64,000 nucleotides of DNA from a virus. The stretch lies in IMG/VR virus record IMGVR_UViG_3300009605_000021, positions 6,976 to 70,975 of that record, one strand, 5' to 3'. Made by a program: the position numbers and the translations under genes. Positions 56,201-64,000 of this stretch are shown here, piece after piece (position 1 is the stretch's first letter; the number at the start of each line of letters is the position of its first letter). The notes under the pieces are model-generated. The model was not told the DNA's origin, made no database searches, and was given only the letters and a program-made list of their open reading frames with translations.

Positions 56201-59200
56201 CCATATGGAGGAGGAAGTTGTTTCCACTCGAACATGGAGCATCCGCCAGCAGATACCATATCTCCAAAGATATCTCCATATACTCTGAAAAAATCACTCA
56301 TGCTCATATAGACTGGTTCTCCTTCGATCATTTTATCCTTAAGTCCGTATCGCATATCTCCTTTATATTCAACTGGCAAGTAAAAAATTCTTAAGGCGAT
56401 GTTGTCGACAATTTCTTCTTGAAAGAGAGGGTTTCCATTATCATTTTTAAGAGCTTTCAAATTTTCTCTAATTAATTCAAAAGAATGAAACTGAATTTTT
56501 ACATATCTTTCTAAAATAAACCCTTCATGATCCCTCGGATGATGGATAGGCTTCATCACTTGTCCGTCGTCCCACCATTGAGCATAAGTCGGCATGTCCA
56601 TTGCCGGTGACCATCGCGGGTTTGTCCAAGTTGCAAGCTCTGCGATGGCTTCTGGGAAGGTTGAGCCGGGGGAGAAGATCTGGCCGGGTTCCGGGAACCC
56701 TAAACAATGTACTGGGCTTTCAGCAAGTGCACTAAGATTATTAGCATTCCAGACCATCAAACCATCTGCCATTGAAGCTAAATCATATATTTCATCATTG
56801 TCTAAAATAACCTGGTCGATAACACTTCGAAAACCTTGTTTTTTATAAAAATCTTTAAACAATGTTACAACATCAGACATTTCTGTTTCAATAACCTTCT
56901 TTGTTACTTTTTTTATTATATTTTTCCAAGTTATATCATCAAAATCTTTATATTGTTCAAATGTGCCTTTGCTATACATGGCCTGAATTGAACTGTGAAT
57001 TTGAGACCCCAAAAAATTAATCATCAGATCATCACTCAAACACTCTTCAACATTGAAAACGGCAGTAATAGGAAGAGCACGTATAAAATATTCAATTAAA
57101 ATTATTTTAATTAAAATTCTAGCAGCTATAGCTCCATCACCATCTTTGTCAACAGAATAAAATAATTCTAACATTGAAGGAGACTCCCCCGCCATGGGAT
57201 CAAGCTTGTCAATAAGTTTACTAAGGTATTTTTTTGCATTGTCTTGTATGCTAGTCAAATTAAGCTGCAAAGCTTGATAATTTGGATACCCTTGAAAAGC
57301 AGTTGAGAGCGCGTCGGAGTCTTCACTGATTAAAGAAGAAATTTGTTTTATTAAATGTTTGAACATAACTCCATATAATTGAAACATGGCTTGGTTTCCT
57401 CCGAGCATGTAGTCAGAATTTTTATTACTTGCCAACAATTTTAAAAGAACTGTATCAAGAATAGTTTCACCATCATAGTCGGGGCGCGCGATCCATCCGG
57501 ATTTTGTCTCAGCACGATCAGTATTGGGGTCAACAAGTGGTATAAAACCAATTGGGGAAGTTGTCATCTTTTTTACCAAATACCTTTCAAAAACTTGAGG
57601 CTGAAGTGGTATCTCGCCATATATCCCGCCTACACCGGCTTTAAGATCTGGCCCAGCATGAATGTAACCAAGCACCAGCTTTTCAGTTGCGGTGTCGCCG
57701 ACACGATTAAGGATCTTGCTGTCTTTAAAGACCTCTTTTATTTTTTTGAATCTTCCCAAATCGGATGTATCCATCGTATCTTCGCCTTGCAATTTCCCAA
57801 CAAGACCTATTAATGATGTAGTTTCTTCATAGTCAACAGTTGAGCCTATGCCTTTAGTACTCTTGATGGCATATCGATCAATAATACACCAAGTATTATC
57901 TCCTTCTACCTCGGTCAACTCAGGTTCTCTTTGTGGCAACAAAGAAAAATTCAATTGACCTTCGTAGTCCACTTCCATGGAAGCTTCTCTGCATGCAATA
58001 ATAACATCTAATGTCGGACGAGTATCATTGCGAAAAAGATCAATTATTTCACCATAATTTGGTTCTTCCATTAATATTTTAGTCGGGCCAGGAAACGCGG
58101 AGTTGAGCGTTTTGAGTTCATCAAATAACGCCTTCATCGCGCCTTTGGTTCCTGCTACGATGTCCTCGGCGTCACCCATTGCATACGAAAAAGTATGTTT
58201 GTCTATTTGAGATTGCCACATGTCCTCTGCAAGTTCATTATATTTCCACTCATTAAGATTTTGGACGTGAAAGGGGCCATCATAATTATCATCATTTTGA
58301 GTTTCGCTTAGTACAAATTGGCCGCCATATGGAAAGTACAAATAACCAGGATGAAAATCTAACCCATCCATATAGTAAGTCAACGCCCTTTCCATATGAC
58401 CTCCCAAAAGATTGCCAGCATAGTCACCTGGATCAAACTCGTTGTTGGTGCCGGAAAAATGGTCGAGGCTGGCGTCCTCTTCTTTGGGTCCCAAAGATGG
58501 GTAGAACGCTATGCCGTTCTGTTCGTGCCAATGGTAAGAGGATGCGCCTTGAGCGAGGGCGGTGGAGTAGTCCCCCTGCATCTTACATATAGTCCAGTCA
58601 TCGCAATTCCCATGGTTATGGTATTCATGCATGAAGGTTACTTCGCTGTTTGAGTCCGTCTCGGTGCTCAACTCATTGTCGCCCTCCTCGTCCGAATAAC
58701 CCACGCCGTGGGTGTCTCCCCGGGCGAAGTGGAAGTCGGTGTCGAGAGTGAATCTCAATAAAAACAATCTTAGTAGACACTCCTTTGAAGATTCAATATT
58801 CCACCCCCATCCGCCATATACTCCCCATGGCATGTCTGGAGCGTAACCAAGTTTAACTTCGAGAACATCCCTATAAAACTGCGGAATACCATGTGGAGCA
58901 ATTTGATGAAGGGTTGTTAATATTTCATGCCATCCAACCCACCCTTCACCCTCCATCTTATTAAGTCGTGGAGTTACGCCCGGGCCGTGATGTCCGGATC
59001 TAAAATCAACATATTGCATATACTCTGCGACTTCAAAATCAGTGAGACTAACAGGATCTATAAGAAAAGAAGAATAGCCGTAGAAACCTTCTAAGTCATC
59101 TGACTCAAATTTTGGATGAAGAACTAGACCTTCCGCTTTTGGATATCCATATTTATAATCCTTATGATAATTTCCTTTTGAGAGTGGATCAAACTTATAA

Positions 59201-62200
59201 TTATATGAATATCTTGCGTAATATCTAAAAGCAATTCTAAATAAATCATCCAATTGTGCAGCAGAAAAATTTGCCCAGTAATTTGTTGAATCTCTGTTTA
59301 AAACATTTGCAGGATCATACATGTTCGGAAATATTTTACCGGAAGCTTTGTGGCCCTGAAAATATTCAGAAACTGAATATGTGCCATATACTCCTACCTT
59401 TTCGCCGTGTAGTTTGAGAAAACGTTGCATAGGCGATGGAAAGTCATAATATACAGGAGGCCACTGCCTCATTTTTTTTCCTTTAGCCAGCCTATAAGAT
59501 TCTCCAGATACGAAAGCACTAACTGGCTCATCCGAACATGGTTCATCGATCACCCCTTGGCCGGAAGGAGAAGGGCACGGATTGTTAATATGGGCTTCCT
59601 TTGAGTTTGAAGCTATAGCAACATTATTCGGAGCACGAAGCCAACCGGCGGAGTTCATCATTTCCGTCATTAAGTTTTTTTGTCTCCTTATTTCTTCACA
59701 TACTATGTGCGGCTGATATCTATCCTCTGGGAGTTCCACTAAACCACCAACGTCAACCTTTAAAGAAAAGTTGTGATATTTTGAAACATCATGCTCAGTT
59801 GTATCATAAAAAGATGAAGGCTGATTTCCTCCAAAAAGAATTTGGTCGTCGACTAAATGTGAAATCTTAAAGTAAAATTCTTCAAACATCTCTACATCGC
59901 TCGTTATTAAAGTATAAAAATTTCCTAATTCTGCGCGAAAACTTGTTTTAACAAGTTCTAGAACTGTATTTAAAGAAATATTTTGTGCTCCTTGTTCGTC
60001 GGTCATAACATCCTTAACCGCCTGAGCTGCTGTCTCTTTGATGTGGTCTTCTAGGTTCTTCGTGCGCGTTGCAGTATCGTCAGATAGTGCTTTGAAGGCA
60101 GTTTTCAAGTCAGCTGAGATCTTACTTCCCTGAGCATTAACCTGCTTTTCTATAGACTCTTGTGACAAACCGATCTTTTCTAATGATGCTCTATATGCTT
60201 GTTCTGCGTATTGGTAATCTAAATCAGTACAGTCAACTGCGATATTTTCTGGATGATCAGTAGGTGCGCATATGCTTTCTTTGTCAAGATAGCCCCCTAC
60301 ATAACCAAAAAATGGAACGACCTTTGATTCATAGTCGACCATTAATTTTATTTTGTCGGGCACATTTGGATAATTTTGCACAAATTGTACCACATACCTT
60401 GCCACTCTATCGGAGGGAGGTATACCTTTTAGCAATCTACATAATTCCTGCGGAGTTAGACCTGCAAATAAACTATTAAGGAACGCTTCAAAATCAAAAT
60501 CTTCACCAAACAATTTCTTAAGACCATCTGTATTTAAGGACGGAGCGTCGGCAAGCGTTCTATCTCCATAATCAAAAGCTTCATTCCCTACATTGTCAAT
60601 ACAATCATCTTTCCAGCTCCATAGATATGTTCTAAATTTTTCAACAATTTCTTTTTCTACCCATTCTATTATTTCATCATTAATCTTTTTCTTTGCTCGC
60701 CGATAAGCTATATCATACAAAGTTCCAACAGCAAGATCTGTTACTTCGAGTAAAGTATCAAAAGTTATATCACACTTTTTATACGGAGGAATTGGATCTG
60801 TTTCTTCTTGTTCTTTATCATCATCAAATCTTTCTATTATCCATTCGACACCTGCGACAATGGCCTTCCCCAAGATATGAGAAGCAGCTAAAATTGCATT
60901 ACAAAGAAATTTTTCCCAAGACTGGCCTGAAAAACTGGCATTTAGCGCTTGTTTTATGCCTTGAGCTGTTTCTTCGCTTATGCCAGAAGGAGTTTCAGTA
61001 AATGGAATTTCTTGTAGATCTTCTGCAAGTTGTCCAGCATACCAATCTTCTGCCCAATTTCTGATAGCATGTGCGAAATCAGTTATATTGATGGGAACTA
61101 GATCTGCCACATCAACACCACCTATTGTCCCGGGAATATAAGTTCCGCTATCTAAAAATACAGCAAACTCATTAGCCTTTTCCGCATCAGTCTCTATAAG
61201 CTCATAAAATTGTTCAAGCATCGCTTCGCATGCCATATCAAGTAAATCTTCCAACGATAGGCCTAGGGCGGCCATCTGGCACAATAACCACTCTTCAATA
61301 AGAACAGGAATATCCATTCTAGCCAAGACATATCTATAAAGATCGTGCAAAGAGTGAATTTTCGCCGGCGCAGTAGGCAATACGCCCATAAAATAATCAC
61401 CTAGGTATTCGTTCAGCCCTTTTCTTCTATTTTGTACGACCTCTTTAAGAAAATTATCATAACTTGCCTGTTCATATAAATTTTGTATTTCTGAGCCTAC
61501 AGATTTGACATCGCTCCACATCTTTTCCGATTGAACAACTGCAGCTTCAGCCTTTCTCCAAAAACCAGGATTGCCTCCAGTGGCTAACTCTCCTGGTACA
61601 AATTCCGGCTTTGGACGAAGAAACTTTTTAACAAATTCATCATGTGGAAAGTTGGGAACAAGATCTTGAAATGCTGGAGATTTACAGAAAAATTCAATAT
61701 TATTTGGATCAAAACTGGCGACTTCTCCAGCTGCCGTGGTAGCAAGTCTTGCGCCTTCGAGTTCAGGGTCAAAATCTAGAAAAGGCGCTGCTTGTCCTGT
61801 CGATTCTATCACTCTTCTTATTAACCACAATCTTCTAGCATCAGTGAAAAGTGGTATTGAAAAAACCTCATTGCCCAAAGGCAGTTTCATATATACCGGG
61901 TCGCTGATGTCGCCGCCCGGGTGTTTTGTCGCAATTCTGATTGGAGCAGCTATCGCTGGATTCAACCAAACGTCTACTAAATTGTCATCATCCATAGTGT
62001 CTGCTTCTTCGTAGCCACCAGCCCATGGTTCAGCATTAGTGACTATCGCGAAAGGCTCGCTTGCTTTAACACCGTTCTTTTTCAAAAATTCCCAAATTTC
62101 TAAATAAAAGTCTCTTAAAGCTTCTGCTTCATAACTAAAATCATATTGCCAATACGCTATTCCTTTTCCAACGTACGTTTCAGCTGGGCCCATATACACT

Positions 62201-62787
62201 GAGCCAGAATCCTTTACTTGCGAATCATAGTCTTCGAATTTTAAAGCCAGCACTTCTACTCTTCTAGAAAATTCAATAAAACTACTAAATCTAATCAGAT
62301 CTTTTGCACCTGGCGTAGGAGGTGGAGGCACCCAACCTTCCATCTCAAAAATATCAGTGAGAAGTTCACCATCTGGATCAATAGGGAGCGCGAACTCGTC
62401 AGAAAACGTTAGTTCGTAATTGCCGGCAACAAATTCTTCTTCGAACACAAGACTGCACAACACCAAAGGATAAGAATTTGGTCGACCATCTGATATGAGA
62501 GGAGGATGATCTATTATAATTGTTTTAGCAAGCTCTACTTCTGCCGCATCATCTATCGGTTTTTTCCCTGATTCTGACAACAAAGGTTTTAAAGCCGCCT
62601 TTTTGGCCTCTTCTTCTGCTTGATCTTCCCAGCCATCTGGGCCCGGGTTCACTGTAGGTTGTATAACAACAAACAACTTATTTTCTGCATTATCAATCCC
62701 AATAGCGTCTGCAAGCTCTTTCCTAAAACCTTTAAAAGGTATTCCGGGTTTTCGTTCTAGCCAATTTTTTCCACTATCAGTTGCCAT
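53251..62787 (-). CDS. Giant 3178-aa virion-cluster protein of unknown function
   Basis: Uninterrupted ORF between the spike-like gene and gp25; acidic; one hydrophobic hairpin near 55710-55830. Confidence 0.65.
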   Translation of the reverse strand: MATDSGKNWLERKPGIPFKGFRKELADAIGIDNAENKLFVVIQPTVNPGPDGWEDQAEEEAKKAALKPLLSESGKKPIDDAAEVELAKTIIIDHPPLISDGRPNSYPLVLCSLVFEEEFVAGNYELTFSDEFALPIDPDGELLTDIFEMEGWVPPPPTPGAKDLIRFSSFIEFSRRVEVLALKFEDYDSQVKDSGSVYMGPAETYVGKGIAYWQYDFSYEAEALRDFYLEIWEFLKKNGVKASEPFAIVTNAEPWAGGYEEADTMDDDNLVDVWLNPAIAAPIRIATKHPGGDISDPVYMKLPLGNEVFSIPLFTDARRLWLIRRVIESTGQAAPFLDFDPELEGARLATTAAGEVASFDPNNIEFFCKSPAFQDLVPNFPHDEFVKKFLRPKPEFVPGELATGGNPGFWRKAEAAVVQSEKMWSDVKSVGSEIQNLYEQASYDNFLKEVVQNRRKGLNEYLGDYFMGVLPTAPAKIHSLHDLYRYVLARMDIPVLIEEWLLCQMAALGLSLEDLLDMACEAMLEQFYELIETDAEKANEFAVFLDSGTYIPGTIGGVDVADLVPINITDFAHAIRNWAEDWYAGQLAEDLQEIPFTETPSGISEETAQGIKQALNASFSGQSWEKFLCNAILAASHILGKAIVAGVEWIIERFDDDKEQEETDPIPPYKKCDITFDTLLEVTDLAVGTLYDIAYRRAKKKINDEIIEWVEKEIVEKFRTYLWSWKDDCIDNVGNEAFDYGDRTLADAPSLNTDGLKKLFGEDFDFEAFLNSLFAGLTPQELCRLLKGIPPSDRVARYVVQFVQNYPNVPDKIKLMVDYESKVVPFFGYVGGYLDKESICAPTDHPENIAVDCTDLDYQYAEQAYRASLEKIGLSQESIEKQVNAQGSKISADLKTAFKALSDDTATRTKNLEDHIKETAAQAVKDVMTDEQGAQNISLNTVLELVKTSFRAELGNFYTLITSDVEMFEEFYFKISHLVDDQILFGGNQPSSFYDTTEHDVSKYHNFSLKVDVGGLVELPEDRYQPHIVCEEIRRQKNLMTEMMNSAGWLRAPNNVAIASNSKEAHINNPCPSPSGQGVIDEPCSDEPVSAFVSGESYRLAKGKKMRQWPPVYYDFPSPMQRFLKLHGEKVGVYGTYSVSEYFQGHKASGKIFPNMYDPANVLNRDSTNYWANFSAAQLDDLFRIAFRYYARYSYNYKFDPLSKGNYHKDYKYGYPKAEGLVLHPKFESDDLEGFYGYSSFLIDPVSLTDFEVAEYMQYVDFRSGHHGPGVTPRLNKMEGEGWVGWHEILTTLHQIAPHGIPQFYRDVLEVKLGYAPDMPWGVYGGWGWNIESSKECLLRLFLLRFTLDTDFHFARGDTHGVGYSDEEGDNELSTETDSNSEVTFMHEYHNHGNCDDWTICKMQGDYSTALAQGASSYHWHEQNGIAFYPSLGPKEEDASLDHFSGTNNEFDPGDYAGNLLGGHMERALTYYMDGLDFHPGYLYFPYGGQFVLSETQNDDNYDGPFHVQNLNEWKYNELAEDMWQSQIDKHTFSYAMGDAEDIVAGTKGAMKALFDELKTLNSAFPGPTKILMEEPNYGEIIDLFRNDTRPTLDVIIACREASMEVDYEGQLNFSLLPQREPELTEVEGDNTWCIIDRYAIKSTKGIGSTVDYEETTSLIGLVGKLQGEDTMDTSDLGRFKKIKEVFKDSKILNRVGDTATEKLVLGYIHAGPDLKAGVGGIYGEIPLQPQVFERYLVKKMTTSPIGFIPLVDPNTDRAETKSGWIARPDYDGETILDTVLLKLLASNKNSDYMLGGNQAMFQLYGVMFKHLIKQISSLISEDSDALSTAFQGYPNYQALQLNLTSIQDNAKKYLSKLIDKLDPMAGESPSMLELFYSVDKDGDGAIAARILIKIILIEYFIRALPITAVFNVEECLSDDLMINFLGSQIHSSIQAMYSKGTFEQYKDFDDITWKNIIKKVTKKVIETEMSDVVTLFKDFYKKQGFRSVIDQVILDNDEIYDLASMADGLMVWNANNLSALAESPVHCLGFPEPGQIFSPGSTFPEAIAELATWTNPRWSPAMDMPTYAQWWDDGQVMKPIHHPRDHEGFILERYVKIQFHSFELIRENLKALKNDNGNPLFQEEIVDNIALRIFYLPVEYKGDMRYGLKDKMIEGEPVYMSMSDFFRVYGDIFGDMVSAGGCSMFEWKQLPPPYGQKEEFDKRIEDAKKNFDFGPTDEYGMYDPSVMYDNYDSAVAATIQEELAFMEELCTLVPHPTEINEHPSDFANEQEGVKDEFLPPLGQLGRFGRLQWLDTYFLRELTPWKVTGSDSSVWDEWRTWAWIGSQSGGLTALLIALGGWKLTGAAVFASALLVSLYLAGEQLYNMISDCFGYTGPLSPCDGPDTPLATKATTNMPPGAPLPYSDLSKKNVYLYDGFYGYDVEKEVTSTPSTVHNEFISGRYYAGLNQLPLDHGCYVDYDKLHLTRPLAYRYLDHLNGSKVWANAQLVAKRESLLWSEYWRQNFLGIGLQDDGITEARVLTGAALLPLTIPGIFDFIDDNHRKLLTNIAFRYYTAGYFGDFTGFKFKDPHAMAATVTGRIVLNNIFKGQETTGIIQSFFHDGEKAPETTGDNFGGEDGLAVAMFPDEFDVRRSWTGEDIENSDGTFNDAPTWKVAPDVDGHEIPDNPTQGASMATFPSNGTFMKSKEDGNGLFFTDPWAMIEGKYLSSMAGELLQPPLVSFIWGQDAAEAMKSDSTDVKGFQTQEEFERYMLFGLLFGFDSGKKYSLIAAQDGFTVGMHAKPEKGFGGWIGNKISYQKSTSKMVWEDHIWHKAHYPNFADGNLYAWLSTNGTDFITTIDPPPADNTGGGAVFRAWTSSYQRDLFNAMQLYKSGWFNGNYLATIDETGIPASPMAIFTKGSPITDYIETKISYASGNEGFSDIKLEAFAKEFSYGVRLSYLLPEDTGDVSPLPYAAESPLSRNKDLPGYGYFLNSTAYDNDEFSFYAGIETWFPTQFLASGEPYIPQLTPDTDGGGMASKFELLNIKRVKSYYLRELTLPYEEWWKSAPDPGWDSYETMGYPPGAYSQGIFLFPLLEENFDATKKTVNYVLTKNWHTQNDYTSNTNSEHLFNEMKKKDEFKLLFDYLFPIKRVLALITAYSIKTFTDSGIVESIGTMFQNTKNFISNLPLPEDENLEE

Positions 62788-62797
62788 TTATGTGTTC

Positions 62798-63973
62798 CTA
62801 TGTCGTATTAACATTGCTGCTTAAAATATAAGTAGGCCCTAGATTCCATAAATAATTGCGCTCTAGACCATCTAGCTTGATCCCTTTTGCAATTAATTTA
62901 GTTTCTACACCTTTTGCAATTTCTGCATTGGTCGCGCAAGCTTGCCATCCCAAAAAGAGTGTATCAGGCAAAGTGTGAACTAATGGATCCGGAAGTGGAC
63001 CAAAGCTCGTCATATTCTCCGGAGCTAGTTCCCATGTCTTAACTGTATGTGGAACTCCAAGTGGCACAGGGCCAGCTCCTGTGGACATGGCGCCCATGGG
63101 CGCGTTGGCAGGCAACTTATGACTATGTTCACCTATTACCATATTTAGTTTCATCTGCATTTTTGCGAAATTGCTAAGAGAGGTTCTAAGTTCGTCAATC
63201 CACTTTTTCATAAGCATCAAATAGCTAACCAAATTGTCTCCTTTGACAAGAGGCTGAAGATCGGCATCATCGTTATTAACAATAAAATCAATCGTTGAAT
63301 GCATGCGTGTTTTAAATCCCCCAGTGTGATATTTGTCCGTATTGGCAATTAATTTAATGCCACCATCTCTACTGATAATTCTAACTGCGTCGGCCTTTAT
63401 CGCGACGGCAGATCTGCCCGTTATTCCTCTTTTCGGGGCGGTGGGTTTTTTTGGCACACGCCTTCTTTTTCTTAGCATTTTTCCAAGTGACCCTTCAGTG
63501 ATATAGAAATTTTCATCAATATCGGTTTTTGAAGACAAATAAATCATCGCTCCATCATATTTGTTACTAGGGTTAATTAAAAGTTTGTCTCCAGTTTTTG
63601 GATCAACATCTGGCCAATATCCTTGTTTTTCAAATATGCCAGGATTACATGCGCCGAAGCCTGCAACTAACCTAATTGCAAAAGCCTGAGTATCTCCGGT
63701 GCCTCCATATCCGCTCATTAGAGTGCTTGGTCTATCGCGACCAAGTATCACCGCGCAGCCCGATGACTTACCCTCTAAATCATCTAAAGAGACAACTCTT
63801 TCACACTCTGATTTATTATAATATCCGGTTGGCTCTATATGACGCGCGTTGCCAAAACCAGAGGAGGCGCCTTGATGAGCAAGTCCGTAATGTGCTAAAA
63901 AAGAAGGATCGATTCCTCTTACTTCAATAGCTGGTTTTGTGTAAAGAAATGGAAATTTTTCTTCTGTACCCAT
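62798..63973 (-). CDS. Putative baseplate spike/hub-related protein
   Basis: Short beta repeats (AVAIKADAVRIISRDGGIKL), QPLVKGDNL helix and an HSH motif, as in gp5/gpV-type C-termini; position upstream of gp25; AGGAGG SD. Confidence 0.45.
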   Translation of the reverse strand: MGTEEKFPFLYTKPAIEVRGIDPSFLAHYGLAHQGASSGFGNARHIEPTGYYNKSECERVVSLDDLEGKSSGCAVILGRDRPSTLMSGYGGTGDTQAFAIRLVAGFGACNPGIFEKQGYWPDVDPKTGDKLLINPSNKYDGAMIYLSSKTDIDENFYITEGSLGKMLRKRRRVPKKPTAPKRGITGRSAVAIKADAVRIISRDGGIKLIANTDKYHTGGFKTRMHSTIDFIVNNDDADLQPLVKGDNLVSYLMLMKKWIDELRTSLSNFAKMQMKLNMVIGEHSHKLPANAPMGAMSTGAGPVPLGVPHTVKTWELAPENMTSFGPLPDPLVHTLPDTLFLGWQACATNAEIAKGVETKLIAKGIKLDGLERNYLWNLGPTYILSSNVNTT

Positions 63974-64000
63974 TATTGTGCTTTAAGCCTCCTAATCTAT

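Noticed and set aside
2030-63930. All plus-strand ORFs in the track
   Set aside because: Each lies opposite a longer, motif-bearing minus-strand gene and has antisense-type Ser/Phe/Leu-rich composition.
1-64000. Stop-codon reassignment, tRNA/rRNA genes, introns or inteins, Rho-independent terminators
   Set aside because: Genes tile the window under the standard code, terminase, portal and primase look uninterrupted, intergenic gaps are at most ~120 nt, and I saw no convincing cloverleaf or hairpin-plus-U-tract.

Overview
AT-rich (roughly 35% GC), densely packed segment of a large T4-like (myovirus-type) phage genome. Every credible gene is on the minus strand and uses the standard genetic code. 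In transcription order (right to left) it holds: a baseplate/tail-end block (spike-like gene, 3178-aa giant, gp25, gp6, DNRLRE-like protein, 3286-aa gp7-like giant, Fn3/LamG/tail-collar-like proteins); a short DNA-processing island (RuvC-like resolvase, primase, fused Mre11-Rad50); a lysis cassette (holin, M15 endolysin, two spanin-like proteins); and a head block (large terminase, portal, prohead protease, ribosomal protein bS21, scaffold, and a major capsid gene running off the left end). The most striking unexplained structure is a ~22-aa tag (MKLTKSQLKQIIKEELExVLKE), present in 8 copies (one partial, some divergent) in 4 genes. It sits at N-termini and internally between unrelated cargo modules (one carries an HExxH metallopeptidase motif), and in one gene it is a perfect 42-bp direct repeat. 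This suggests a swappable, capsid-addressed, protease-released cargo cassette system. Other observations: an unannotated 10-Cys peptide with an AT-hook, a six-copy plug-in 'ATAT...FxGG' domain in baseplate proteins, short ~70% GC in-frame patches, a recurring ACTAHTTA upstream motif, and a shared 13-bp intergenic element. All calls come from reading motifs by eye; no database searches were run.
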